52,390 bases of DNA from positions 1 to 52,390 of IMG/VR virus record IMGVR_UViG_3300048856_000102; one strand, written 5' to 3'. The notes beneath the pieces were generated by a model. It searched no databases. It was given only the letters and a program-made list of their open reading frames with translations, and was not told where the DNA came from. The translations under genes were made by a program, and so were the position numbers. Origin of the DNA: a virus (Duplodnaviria > Caudoviricetes). Of the stretch, positions 1-8,880 are shown in pieces; the stretch's first letter is position 1, and each line of letters starts with the position of its first letter.

Positions 1-1101
1 TTAACGGCCAACCAAGCGGATGACGCGATCCATTCCATCTGTCGCAAGCCGGGATTGTTCAGCCTCTCTGGAGTACAGTTCGGCATGTGCAATATCGTCA
101 TGCCCGAGCGTATCCATGATCTGTCGGGTTGATGCCCCGCCCTCCGCCAACATCTTCCCGAGCGTCTTTCTCAGACCATGCAGCGTGAAGCCTGGCTCGA
201 TGCCCGCAGAATTTGTCCAGTCAGCCATGCGGCCCGTAATGGACTTCGGAGAAAATGGCTCTCCATAGGCGGTTACCAAGACGGTAGGACCACGCCGTTC
301 AGTAGCGTCCAGGATGTCAGAGAGCATGGGCATGATTGGCAGAAACAGTTCCTTGCCGCCTTTACCCTGCACGACATTGAAGCCGTCGACCTTGCGCTGT
401 TGCCCATCCATGAGAACCGTCTTTGTGACACGCTGTTCCCATTTAAGACCAGCAACGTCCTCACGTCTGTTTCCGAGCCACAGGGCAAGCGCATAGGCGA
501 GGCGAGGGGTGGACCCAATGGGCCAGCGCTCTTCATATTTGCGCATTGCCTCCGCCGTCCACGCCTTCCAGCCGACATACTCAGGGCGCCATTTCAGCTT
601 GTAAGACGGGTCAACGTCTATCCATTCCTCATCCATTGCTGCATCGATCATTTTCCTGATCGCTGTCAGCAGATGCTTCGCCTTGTGCGGCGTTTCGGAA
701 TATTTGGATATGATATCTTTGAGATGCCGGCGCTTGAGGTCTCTGACAGGAACATCCCGCCATTGAAATGGATCTGTCTCGATCACGCGCGATTCAAGAA
801 ACATGCTGGCAAGAGAGCTGTTCTTGTCCTTCGTCGCCGGATCGAAAGCCTTCCACTCTGCCGACGCGATCACCAGTCGCCAGGCCGCGCCGAGCGTGCA
901 AGGCAGCGCTGCATTCGGATGCTTTACAATCTTGGCTGCGGGCTTCTTCAAGCCATTCAGAGCGCTCTCGTAAGCATTCTCGAAATCCGGTTCTCCGGGA
1001 CTTCCCAGCAGAGAAATGGTCTTGCCGTTACGGCGAAACCGCCAACGTTCTGTTCCGTGGCGGTCTTTGAAACTGGAAAGGTATGGGCGGCTTTCGGTCA
1101 T
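1..1101 (-). CDS. int: Tyrosine recombinase (phage integrase)
   Basis: Catalytic motifs GNRRED, LHGLRKT, LGH...Y; arm-binding-like N-terminus (DRHGTERWRFRR). Confidence 0.95.
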   Translation of the reverse strand: MTESRPYLSSFKDRHGTERWRFRRNGKTISLLGSPGEPDFENAYESALNGLKKPAAKIVKHPNAALPCTLGAAWRLVIASAEWKAFDPATKDKNSSLASMFLESRVIETDPFQWRDVPVRDLKRRHLKDIISKYSETPHKAKHLLTAIRKMIDAAMDEEWIDVDPSYKLKWRPEYVGWKAWTAEAMRKYEERWPIGSTPRLAYALALWLGNRREDVAGLKWEQRVTKTVLMDGQQRKVDGFNVVQGKGGKELFLPIMPMLSDILDATERRGPTVLVTAYGEPFSPKSITGRMADWTNSAGIEPGFTLHGLRKTLGKMLAEGGASTRQIMDTLGHDDIAHAELYSREAEQSRLATDGMDRVIRLVGR

Positions 1102-1110
1102 CTTGGCACG

Positions 1111-1359
1111 CTATGCCGCGCGCCCCCGCCCTGACAATAGGCTGTCGAGTACATTTCCAGCCATGTCCGGCAGATCGGCAAAGGCTGCATCCAGCGCATA
1201 CCTGTCCCAAATCACACGGCCATCTACACGTTTCCCCCTAGGCATACGCCCATCCTTCACCATTTCATCAAACTTTGTTGCGCCAACGCCAACCCATCGA
1301 GCGGCTTCGTCCCGGCACAATCCACGTGGCGGATAAGAAATCGGATCATGTCTAGCCAT
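1111..1359 (-). CDS. Excisionase-like / AlpA-type HTH protein
   Basis: PPRGLCRDEAARWVGVG...GRMP...WDRYALD pattern, directly upstream of int. Confidence 0.8.
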   Translation of the reverse strand: MARHDPISYPPRGLCRDEAARWVGVGATKFDEMVKDGRMPRGKRVDGRVIWDRYALDAAFADLPDMAGNVLDSLLSGRGRAA

Positions 1360-1909
1360 GGGATTGCTCCCCGATATCCACAGGCTCCGGCTTGCCTCCT
1401 ATTGCAGCCTCAAGGGCGGCAGTCATGGCGTCATGCGTTGACCTGTGGCAGTTGTCCATCCACACCCTCACCGCACGCTCCACCATAGCATCGTCTATCT
1501 GTGGGGTGGGATGAGTGTAGAGTTTATGTTCGGCGATATATGTATGAACCTCGTCCAGTTCTTTGTACGCCTCCTGCAAAGCGTGCTCGGCTTCATCGTA
1601 CTTGTCTTTCCAGTACTGAACGTCAGCGGCAGCGGGTGCTTGTACGTGTGAAAGAGCGGTGAGGATGCGCGTCTCGTAATCGGCTTGGGCGGCGGCTTTG
1701 GCGGCTTCCAGATCATTTTCAGCGCTCAAGAAATTTTCGTCTCGATAGACTGTGAAATAATCATGATTTTTCCACGACTTCCATTCGATAGAGTAGAACC
1801 ATACACCGGTTGCCTGGACATGGTCGTAGCTGCACGTGTCATTCGGCCCTTGTGGCTGCGTCCACTCAAGCGGCTTAACCGTGACGCTCACTGGCTCTGC
1901 TGTGCTCAT
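1352..1909 (-). CDS. Hypothetical phage protein
   Basis: 185-aa ORF overlapping both neighbours in the leftward operon. Confidence 0.7.
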   Translation of the reverse strand: MSTAEPVSVTVKPLEWTQPQGPNDTCSYDHVQATGVWFYSIEWKSWKNHDYFTVYRDENFLSAENDLEAAKAAAQADYETRILTALSHVQAPAAADVQYWKDKYDEAEHALQEAYKELDEVHTYIAEHKLYTHPTPQIDDAMVERAVRVWMDNCHRSTHDAMTAALEAAIGGKPEPVDIGEQSHG

Positions 1910-2121
1910 GGCGACACCTTCTTGGCCGGTGTTAATGCGACGGCTGCATTCCCGTCATGTTTCCAGAAATAGCAGTTGCCATTCTTGTGGGTGGCCTTGT
2001 CGCATTCGGCAAAATAATCGCCAGCCTTCACAGCATCCCATTGATATGAGTTCATCCAATCTGGACCGCTGCCAACCCATTCCAATTCTTTGCCGCAATC
2101 GGCGCACACGTGCTTACTCAT
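1906..2121 (-). CDS. Small Cys-containing hypothetical protein (CxxC)
   Basis: ATGA overlaps on both sides. Confidence 0.7.
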   Translation of the reverse strand: MSKHVCADCGKELEWVGSGPDWMNSYQWDAVKAGDYFAECDKATHKNGNCYFWKHDGNAAVALTPAKKVSP

Positions 2122-2447
2122 GATCCCCGTTCCTCCAATGCTGAGAGGGCTGCGGCGACATAGTCAACCAATGTGTCGATGCCAAAAACGTCTTCGTTGG
2201 CAATTTCAAACATATCGACCGTTTCTAGTGCCTCCTGACAGGCCTTGGTTAGCTGCTCGCGTTCTGGCTTAACTGCCTTCCGTTCCGCTACTATGCGAGA
2301 GATGAGTGAGAGGATTTCATCGACAGATGTTTCGTAAGTTCCGCCACATGTGTATTGCCGAAACCAATCCAGCAAAGTCTCAATCTCCTCATCCGTTGCC
2401 GGTGGCACGTCTTCAATCATTGCGAGTAGTTCGGGTGAGAGGGTCAT
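2118..2447 (-). CDS. Hypothetical protein starting MTLSPELLAMI
   Basis: ATG 2447 overlaps the upstream stop (ATGA); GGAGG RBS. Confidence 0.7.
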   Translation of the reverse strand: MTLSPELLAMIEDVPPATDEEIETLLDWFRQYTCGGTYETSVDEILSLISRIVAERKAVKPEREQLTKACQEALETVDMFEIANEDVFGIDTLVDYVAAALSALEERGS

Positions 2448-2629
2448 AGCGGCCTCCATTCGTCATCGGCCACGATCTTGACGGCATCAAAACACGGCTC
2501 GCAATAGACCTCTGTCGAGCATTTGTTTCCTTCATCATCCAGCATGATCGCATCGACAAGGCGATGATCGAAGAGGTTCTTGCACCGTTCGCAGTGGATC
2601 ATTGCGAGTAGTTCGGGTGAGAGGGTCAT
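2416..2629. repeat. 32-bp exact direct repeat (2416-2447 and 2598-2629) forming the 5' ends of two adjacent genes
   Basis: atcattgcgagtagttcgggtgagagggtcat occurs twice. Confidence 0.95.
2444..2629 (-). CDS. Small Zn-finger-like protein starting MTLSPELLAMI
   Basis: CERC...CEPC; ATGA overlaps; GGAGG RBS. Confidence 0.7.
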   Translation of the reverse strand: MTLSPELLAMIHCERCKNLFDHRLVDAIMLDDEGNKCSTEVYCEPCFDAVKIVADDEWRPL

Positions 2630-3015
2630 GCTGGTCGTGCCTCCAGAATAATGGACTCGCAGGCTTCTTCATCGCCCGTGTACATCCAAAGCTTGATTGC
2701 CAGGTCGAGCGGATTGATGCCGACGAGGGTCCAGTAATCACGCTCATTCATCGAATGCTGACGGCGGTGTTCCTCTGGTGAAAGGGGAACCGTCCACTTG
2801 TCGTGCGGCTTTTCTCCCATGCCAGTTGTCGGCTTGTGATAGCTGATATCGCCGTACCGGATATGGGCGGCGTCAACGTCGCGAAGTCCGGTCACAACGC
2901 ACGGAAGCGTCCGGATGAATTTCAAGTGTGCCTCGTCGTGTTGGCGAGGGCGCTTTTGCACCTTCGGAGCCGTCAGGGAAAAGGCCTGAGGATGCTTGCG
3001 GATTTGCATCGCCAT
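2626..3015 (-). CDS. DUF968-like (HNH-related) protein
   Basis: HLKFIRTLPCVV...AAH...GMGEKPHDKWTVPL...H...H motif; ATG 3015 overlaps the upstream TGA. Confidence 0.75.
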   Translation of the reverse strand: MAMQIRKHPQAFSLTAPKVQKRPRQHDEAHLKFIRTLPCVVTGLRDVDAAHIRYGDISYHKPTTGMGEKPHDKWTVPLSPEEHRRQHSMNERDYWTLVGINPLDLAIKLWMYTGDEEACESIILEARPA

Positions 3016-3224
3016 CAGTTCACCCCCAATTTTGCGTAATGCCTGTTGAGGAGGTCTACGATCAGATCGGCCCCTTCCTCGCTTGTGCATTCGCAGACAA
3101 TCTCTGCGTTCTCCGGATCCAGCATGATTTGATCTGTCGTGGTGCAGTCAGGCAGAACGAGAATTTCGGAGTATGATTCGCCATCCTCCTCGTGGTGCAT
3201 GGTCACCTTGCGGAACGTCGTCAT
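3015..3224 (-). CDS. Small acidic hypothetical protein
   Basis: Start and stop overlap both neighbours. Confidence 0.65.
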   Translation of the reverse strand: MTTFRKVTMHHEEDGESYSEILVLPDCTTTDQIMLDPENAEIVCECTSEEGADLIVDLLNRHYAKLGVN

Positions 3225-4069
3225 AGGTTCATCCCCAATTCGAGTTCATCGACCTGGGCAATGCCGCAAGCCTCGCGAACGACTTCGGCCAGGGCGCGCT
3301 CACCGCGACATACAGCGCGGAATAGCTTGACCAGTGTTGACGCCTTGTCGGCCGCCAATGGAGAGAGCTTCCGGCCTTCTGCTGCAAACCCGACACCTGT
3401 CGCGTGGACAACCGTTTCGTCGTCTCCGATGGAAGCTTTAAGTCGCTTGAGTAGATCGAGCAGGTTTCGCCTGTCTTCGGCGGAAAGGATGGTCGGGCCC
3501 GACGAAGATGTGGCGGAGGGTTCCATATCCTCGTCGGGCTGATCCGCTTTCGCGGGAAGGTCGGGAGCGACACCGGTGGGCACAGCATCGCTCCCTGCAT
3601 CGGTTGAGGGGGCATTCTCGTCCGATGTTTGGGTATTCTCGTCTTCGCCAAGATCGGCGATCTCCTTGCGCCAATCCGCTGGATCAACGCCGGTAATGTG
3701 CTGGATAATCGCCGTCATCTGTTCGACAGCTTCCTCAAGTTCCGGGTCGGTCAACTCGGTCAGGCTCTTCGGGTATTGCATAAAGGCGCCGGAGACGGTC
3801 TTCGACAGGTTCACGATGCCGAGGGAGAGCTTTATGGCCTCACTGGCTTGATCCTTCGTCTGCCAGGGTGTTTGGCACTCCTTGACCGCCTTGCCGATTA
3901 TGGCGAACCATTTACGGACAAGAACTCGGTCTTTCTCTTCGGTAAACCGAACACTGACCTTTGTGCCCCGGCGATAGGTGTCAAGGCGTTCTGCGTCGTG
4001 AGCTGTGGCGGGGATGAGTTTCCCTGCTTCGATTACCATTTTGAATGGAGGAGCTTCGTGTTTGGTCAC
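3221..4069 (-). CDS. Hypothetical protein, N-terminus resembling DUF1367-type recombination-associated proteins
   Basis: GKLIPAT..DAE.L N-terminus; adjacent to bet. Confidence 0.6.
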   Translation of the reverse strand: MTKHEAPPFKMVIEAGKLIPATAHDAERLDTYRRGTKVSVRFTEEKDRVLVRKWFAIIGKAVKECQTPWQTKDQASEAIKLSLGIVNLSKTVSGAFMQYPKSLTELTDPELEEAVEQMTAIIQHITGVDPADWRKEIADLGEDENTQTSDENAPSTDAGSDAVPTGVAPDLPAKADQPDEDMEPSATSSSGPTILSAEDRRNLLDLLKRLKASIGDDETVVHATGVGFAAEGRKLSPLAADKASTLVKLFRAVCRGERALAEVVREACGIAQVDELELGMNL

Positions 4070-4070
4070 A

Positions 4071-4931
4071 TCAGCCTCCGATGCGCTTCAGTGCGCGCTT
4101 CTTGATAGCGGTCGCGATCGACTGGTTTGTCTCGTCGCCTTCAAAGCGTGCCATGGGATCAGCTTCGGTCCAGACCTCTTCGATGCTGGCTTCATCCTGG
4201 GCAACCGCCAGGTCTTCCTCGAGCCGTTCGAAGAATGAGGTGTCGTCAAGGATCTCGCCGTCATCGGTGATGTCGCCGTTGTAGTCCTGTTCCTCGACCT
4301 CAGCGTCGACAACGGTGGACTGTTGCTCGATCTGCTCCATAGGCGGCACAGGAGGCTTGGGAGGAGTGCGTAGTGTTACCGGCGCCGCGTCCTTCATCTC
4401 AGCGATCTTCGCACCTTCATCTTCGTCATAGATGCCCGAGAAGCCGAACGCGTACCGTGCTGCCTGGATCATGGCCTTGTGGCGAAGCATCCGGTGCTTC
4501 ATTTTCCAAGGTGCGGTATCTCGTCTGCACTCTTCGTAATATTCGGTGACGACCACGGGGTGAGTGCGGTCCTTCCGGTGCATACGGCAGGTTATCGAGA
4601 TGAGTTCTCCCTTGTCGTCAGTGCCTGTTTCAAACTCAAAGCCATCACATGCAGGGTGGGAATTGACGAGATTGACCCATCCGTCGATCGACACAATGGG
4701 AACGATGCCGCCCCCTTGTTTCGGAAATGCATAGATCTCCCGCAACAGGGGATTCAGGTCGTACTCCTTCGCGACGATCAAGAATGCCGCGAACTCTTCC
4801 GGTCCCGCTTTTGAAAGCCCGCAAGTCGCGCGGACTGTTCGGCTGAATTCTTCCACGTTCAACGAATACTTGTCGGCCATGTGGTCCATAAGCATCAGTT
4901 TGGTGGGCTGTATTTTTGCTACGGCGTTCAT
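4071..4931 (-). CDS. bet: Single-strand annealing protein, Red-beta/RecT family
   Basis: EFAAFLIVAKEYDLNPLLREIYAFP...IVPIVSIDGW...RMLRHKAMIQAARYAFGFSGIYDEDE, the lambda Bet signature. Confidence 0.9.
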   Translation of the reverse strand: MNAVAKIQPTKLMLMDHMADKYSLNVEEFSRTVRATCGLSKAGPEEFAAFLIVAKEYDLNPLLREIYAFPKQGGGIVPIVSIDGWVNLVNSHPACDGFEFETGTDDKGELISITCRMHRKDRTHPVVVTEYYEECRRDTAPWKMKHRMLRHKAMIQAARYAFGFSGIYDEDEGAKIAEMKDAAPVTLRTPPKPPVPPMEQIEQQSTVVDAEVEEQDYNGDITDDGEILDDTSFFERLEEDLAVAQDEASIEEVWTEADPMARFEGDETNQSIATAIKKRALKRIGG

Positions 4932-4933
4932 GG

Positions 4934-5956
4934 TTATGCGGCCCTTTTTTCCTCAATGATTTTCATGCCTGGCAGCTTCACACCGGCCTTGGCGGCACGG
5001 TTGGCGAGGCTCTGAACGAGTTCGAGGATTTCCGGCCGATCTTTTAAGGCGATCAGCAACGGCTCTATGTCGGTTATCTGGGCCGATATAAACGTCCTGA
5101 GAGCGACCTTTGCCCCGGTGCGCCCCGCGGCAGCATTGCGGGCCTGTGCCTCCCTGTCGGCATCTGCGGCCTGTTGTGCGAGTTGTTCGGCACGCTGAGC
5201 AACAGCGACATCCCCGTCCTGTCTTGCCTCGGCCGCTGCGGCTTCCGCCTCCTGCCGTATCTTGTCGGCTTCCTCGCGGGCCTTACGTTGGCGTTCCTGC
5301 TCGAGTCTATCCTGTTCGCGCAAATACGCATCCATGTGGCGCTTGAGCTTGGTCGACAGTTCCTTCGGGTCTTCCTTGAGCTCGCGCCATTTGTCATCGA
5401 TGCGACGGGTTTCGTCGAGCGCGGGCTGCTTTTCGATCTTGTGCTGATCTGTGGCGCGCTTGGCTATATCCGCCAGTCGCTTTGACCAGATGGCAGCCTT
5501 GTCGGCATCGGCCTTGGTCTTGATCGGCGTCTTCAGGAATTCCTCGGCAAGTTCCTTGTCGCCCAGGTATTCGATGCGCAGTGCTTCCATGGGATCCGCA
5601 TCTGCAGAGTTATGCCCGACTGGAGCGACCGCTGGTTTAGGCTCGTCATCGAAGCCGCCACCAGCTATTGCCTTCTCGTAGGCTTCATGCGTGATAGGGT
5701 TGCGGCAAGCCCAAAGCCAAATTTCATCTGCGGCAACATCTTGACCGTTCCGGTATGCGAGCCAGCCTGGAACATCTTCATCCCACCAGATAGCTACGGG
5801 TTCCCAAGGTCCATTCTTCTTTCTGGTCCTGAAATATCCCTGCTCTGGTTCTGAATGGATTGGTCCTAACTGCCCCTTGAGGGCGTTCCTCCACCACTGC
5901 CAACGGTCGACAATCTTAACAGCAACGTCACCAGCCTTCTGAAATGTATCAGTCAT
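4934..5956 (-). CDS. Hypothetical coiled-coil phage protein (340 aa)
   Basis: Trp-rich N-terminus, long coiled coil and C-terminal LPGMKIIEE; not a recognisable exonuclease. Confidence 0.7.
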   Translation of the reverse strand: MTDTFQKAGDVAVKIVDRWQWWRNALKGQLGPIHSEPEQGYFRTRKKNGPWEPVAIWWDEDVPGWLAYRNGQDVAADEIWLWACRNPITHEAYEKAIAGGGFDDEPKPAVAPVGHNSADADPMEALRIEYLGDKELAEEFLKTPIKTKADADKAAIWSKRLADIAKRATDQHKIEKQPALDETRRIDDKWRELKEDPKELSTKLKRHMDAYLREQDRLEQERQRKAREEADKIRQEAEAAAAEARQDGDVAVAQRAEQLAQQAADADREAQARNAAAGRTGAKVALRTFISAQITDIEPLLIALKDRPEILELVQSLANRAAKAGVKLPGMKIIEEKRAA

Positions 5957-6468
5957 GCCATTTTCTCCATGCTTGACGAGCGCTGGGGTCGTCTGTTGTT
6001 GTTTTGCTCAGCCCACGTTGCCCATCGGCAGTTGCCTGGCTCGTAATTTCCGTCGTTATTTTTTCGATCAAGGGTAAGTCCGGAGGGGCGTGGACCCATA
6101 TCGGCAAGGAACGCTTCAAAGCTGTCCCGCCATCGGTCGCAGACAGTAATTCCTCGTCCGCCGTAATCATCCCACGCCGGGCTTTTCGGATTAAGCGTCC
6201 TGTCCTTCATTGCGTACCAGATGCGGTATTCACTGGTTCTCTGGCCAATGCGATTGTGGCCATGGATTGTGTTCGACAAGATGGCAATCTCGCGCTGGAG
6301 GCACCCGCAGCTTCTGATGCGTCCGGTCCTGACGTGGTTGGCGATGATGGATTTTTCGTTGCCACAATCGCAGCGGCAGAAGATGCGGCGATCTTTACCA
6401 ACGCCGCTGTCATCCAAGACGACAAGGCGGGCAAAGCGTTTTCCTACGATGACTTCACGAATGGCCAT
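5953..6468 (-). CDS. HNH homing-type endonuclease
   Basis: CRCDCG...SCGC...YGGRGITVCDRW...TLDRKNNDGNYEPGNCRWAT. Confidence 0.85.
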   Translation of the reverse strand: MAIREVIVGKRFARLVVLDDSGVGKDRRIFCRCDCGNEKSIIANHVRTGRIRSCGCLQREIAILSNTIHGHNRIGQRTSEYRIWYAMKDRTLNPKSPAWDDYGGRGITVCDRWRDSFEAFLADMGPRPSGLTLDRKNNDGNYEPGNCRWATWAEQNNNRRPQRSSSMEKMA

Positions 6469-6662
6469 TATTTAAACCGCGCCTCCGTAGTGTCGATGAT
6501 TTGATTGACGATGTCGCGAGCCATGCCCGCGCCGTAGACGTGGCAAAGGTCCTGGTAGTGCTGGCGTATCGAATACTCGATCATGCCTGCGGGCTTGGAT
6601 TGTGCGTGCCTGGCGAGGCGTTCTGTCATCTCGGGCGGCGTGTAGCGTGACGGGGCGTTCAT
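6468..6662 (-). CDS. Small hypothetical protein
   Basis: Overlaps both neighbours in the operon. Confidence 0.6.
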   Translation of the reverse strand: MNAPSRYTPPEMTERLARHAQSKPAGMIEYSIRQHYQDLCHVYGAGMARDIVNQIIDTTEARFK

Positions 6663-6925
6663 GCTGCACCTGCCTTCACCAGCGCGGCTTCAAGGTCACT
6701 GACGTCCCATCCTTCGCCCCTTACGACAACGATCGCCTCTTTTAGGGCGGCTACGAGATCGTCGTAAGAATTCACACATTTAACGATGCGAGCGGCGTTC
6801 TCGACTGCGTGGTCGTACGGTGTCAGCGCGTGCACCATAGCTTGCGCTACGATGACGCCTCCTGCGTCTGCAATGAACTTCTCCGAAGCGGGCGTTATGC
6901 GCCAAGGTGTTGGTGTATGGGTCAC
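6659..6925 (-). CDS. HTPTPW-family small phage protein (copy 2)
   Basis: GTG start at 6925; THTPTPW...IVKCVN..DDLV...KAGAA; paralog of 7062-7340. Confidence 0.75.
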   Translation of the reverse strand: MTHTPTPWRITPASEKFIADAGGVIVAQAMVHALTPYDHAVENAARIVKCVNSYDDLVAALKEAIVVVRGEGWDVSDLEAALVKAGAA

Positions 6926-7065
6926 ATCAGGCTCCCGAGATATCCTGCGATGAAGAGCAAACCGAAGGCTGCAATAGCGGTGAGGATTTGAACCCACTGA
7001 CGAGGCGCGCGATTGTCGTTGACGTGCGCGATGATCCGGTCTGGTTCCACGGTGAAGCGCGTCAT
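6922..7065 (-). CDS. 47-aa single-TM protein
   Basis: MTRFTVEP...ILTAIAAFGLLFIAGYLGSLM; ATGA and GTGA overlaps. Confidence 0.65.
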   Translation of the reverse strand: MTRFTVEPDRIIAHVNDNRAPRQWVQILTAIAAFGLLFIAGYLGSLM

Positions 7066-7340
7066 GCTGCACCTGCCTTGGCGAGTGCTTCCTTCGCCAT
7101 AGCAATGTCTTTGGCGCTGAGTTGATCGTGCCAGTGGATGAGGTGTGAGAGGACTTTGACCAGATCGTCGTGAGCGTTCACGCATTTGACGATGAACTCG
7201 GCATCAGCGTAGCGAGTGTCATGGTTTGCCTGATAATCCTCTTCATCCTGCAGGGTTGTTGCTACGACCTGCCTGTCTGGCCCAAGGATGAGCGTTTCGT
7301 CAGGAGAGTTTGTATTCCAAGGCGTTGGTGTGTGGGTCAT
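7062..7340 (-). CDS. HTPTPW-family small phage protein (copy 1)
   Basis: MTHTPTPW...FIVKCVNAHDDLV...KAGAA. Confidence 0.75.
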   Translation of the reverse strand: MTHTPTPWNTNSPDETLILGPDRQVVATTLQDEEDYQANHDTRYADAEFIVKCVNAHDDLVKVLSHLIHWHDQLSAKDIAMAKEALAKAGAA

Positions 7341-7444
7341 TGATCCACCTCCGCGCGAGCTGCGTCGATGGTGACCTCGGCTCGTCCGATCCAGAGGACG
7401 AACAGAACAGGAATTGCGGGAATGATGATTGCGAGCATCGACAT
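7337..7444 (-). CDS. 35-aa membrane peptide (not in ORF track)
   Basis: MSMLAIIIPAIPVLFVLWIGRAEVTIDAARAEVDQ; fills the gap exactly with TGATG and ATGA overlaps. Confidence 0.65.
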   Translation of the reverse strand: MSMLAIIIPAIPVLFVLWIGRAEVTIDAARAEVDQ

Positions 7445-7755
7445 CAGCGTGCGCTCCTCATCAGAAGGCCAAGGCCGAGAGCGTTGTGGTGCTGCCGCAG
7501 GGCGATCAGCCGGTTCGGGTCATACGACCAATGCTTTGCATCCCGCTTCTTGCCTTCGCGCTCGATCAGATCGTTCAAGCGGCTGATGGCGCGGTTTATT
7601 TCCGTATCCCTTGGAATGCCGAAGGCATGTTCAAGAACGCCTTGGGTGTGCCAGCCTTTGTCAAGCTTCAGGCAGATGGCCTCGACCGTAACCGGGCGAA
7701 GAGCGGTGTTGAGTGACTTGGACAAGTCCCGCATGGTGATGTCGATGGCGTTCAT
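7444..7755 (-). CDS. Hypothetical protein
   Basis: 103 aa, operon-coupled; HWSYDPNRLIAL motif. Confidence 0.65.
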   Translation of the reverse strand: MNAIDITMRDLSKSLNTALRPVTVEAICLKLDKGWHTQGVLEHAFGIPRDTEINRAISRLNDLIEREGKKRDAKHWSYDPNRLIALRQHHNALGLGLLMRSAR

Positions 7756-7913
7756 AGTGCCACTCCTGCTTGGTCGAGGGATATTTTAACGAGGACTCGA
7801 ATTGCTTCTGCTCTGGAGATGATGCGATTGGCGAAACGGTAATCGTCTATTGCCTTGACCTCGGCTTCGGTCAGCATCATTTGGAATTTCACCGTGCGGA
7901 GATCGACCTTCAT
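7752..7913 (-). CDS. Ribbon-helix-helix DNA-binding protein (53 aa, not in ORF track)
   Basis: MKVDLRTVKFQMMLTEAEVKAIDDYRFANRIISRAEAIRVLVKISL: beta strand plus two helices with the SRAEAIR motif; ATGA overlaps. Confidence 0.75.
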   Translation of the reverse strand: MKVDLRTVKFQMMLTEAEVKAIDDYRFANRIISRAEAIRVLVKISLDQAGVAL

Positions 7914-8167
7914 TTGCGGTGCTCCTGAAGCGAGCGCTGCGCTACGGCGCGCTCATATTCGATTTCACGGTCAGCTTTCGGATTGCAGACAGGGCAAGGC
8001 ACGATTGGTCCGTTGTTGTTCTGTTCGATCCATCCCGCTTTCGGTCCTGCACCTTTGCAGTGGCGGCAAGTGGTGACCGGGCGTCTGAAATTCGGGTTGT
8101 TGTCCATGCCCGAGAAAAGGGCAGCCCCAACTTGGATAAATGTTCCGATGTGGCCACGCCTTTTCAT
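7910..8167 (-). CDS. Zn-finger protein (CxxCxGxG...CxxC)
   Basis: CRHCKGAG...CPVC; ATG 8167 in an ATGA overlap. Confidence 0.65.
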   Translation of the reverse strand: MKRRGHIGTFIQVGAALFSGMDNNPNFRRPVTTCRHCKGAGPKAGWIEQNNNGPIVPCPVCNPKADREIEYERAVAQRSLQEHRK

Positions 8168-8271
8168 CGACGGATCCTCCAGTTGGCCCAGTTGAATAGG
8201 ATGACCAGCGCAATGGCACATGAGGCCTGCAGCGCAAGGTCGGGAATGGTGAAGGGTTCGAGGCCGTTCAT
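8164..8271 (-). CDS. 35-aa membrane peptide
   Basis: MNGLEPFTIPDLALQASCAIALVILFNWANWRIRR with ATGA overlaps. Confidence 0.55.
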   Translation of the reverse strand: MNGLEPFTIPDLALQASCAIALVILFNWANWRIRR

Positions 8272-8489
8272 TTGCACGACCCCCGACCGGCGCCGCCCAT
8301 TTCGCCGGAGCGATTGCTCGTCCGCAAACCGCAGTCGTAGTAGCCGGAAGCGCAGGAGTACTGCGTGGCGGCCTCTATCTCGAGTGGCGACCAAGTTGCG
8401 TATGTCCCGCAACCAGAGAGCTGCAGGGCAGCCGTGATGGTGCCGACGATGACAGCAGTGCCGATTATGTGAAGCTTTGGAGAGGTCAT
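8268..8489 (-). CDS. Small putative lipoprotein, first gene of the leftward early operon
   Basis: Hydrophobic N-terminus followed by the lipobox LSGC. Confidence 0.55.
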   Translation of the reverse strand: MTSPKLHIIGTAVIVGTITAALQLSGCGTYATWSPLEIEAATQYSCASGYYDCGLRTSNRSGEMGGAGRGSCK

Positions 8490-8519
8490 TTTTAGTTGCC
8501 CCGAAATTGTTTCGATGGG

Positions 8520-8612
8520 CAACATTCGCATTCAACACGAAACATGTCAACATAAAAGATGTCAGAAAAACACAAATCATGTTGACTGACACGACCGTGT
8601 AGGTTTATGCCT
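8520..8612. promoter_or_regulatory. OL-like operator cluster with divergent promoters
   Basis: ACA-N7-TGT boxes at 8535-8547, 8550-8562 and 8570-8582, plus an N6 variant at 8589-8600. Leftward TTGACA-N17-GAATGT; rightward TTGACT (8582)-N18-TATGCC. Confidence 0.7.
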
Positions 8613-8619
8613 TCGCAAT

Positions 8620-8880
8620 CACCGGTTCGCAGGTGTCCAAAATTTAGTGGTGACGGAGGTGCAATCCCTCTCGCTGGTTAAGCCACAGGCGCGGGTATTA
8701 GATCACCCTAAGGTGCCACCAGAAACAGAGGGCGAATTGTCGAGAGGCAGTTCTGGCATATGTCCCATTCCCGGCTCCGGCCTTCTGGAACATGCCATGA
8801 TACTCTCTGCTTCGTGAGGTTTGATTACCTCATGGGGTAGGGGGTATCTTTGGCTTCGAACCACTTCCCTCACCATCCTT
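8620..8880 (+). ncRNA. Candidate large structured RNA of unknown class
   Basis: 15-nt closing stem 8647-8661/8862-8876, nested helices, a GAGA tetraloop, a 22-bp hairpin with 6 G-U pairs and a possible pseudoknot. Confidence 0.7.

Noticed and set aside
178-1134. 318-aa plus-strand ORF
   Set aside because: Antisense shadow of the integrase.
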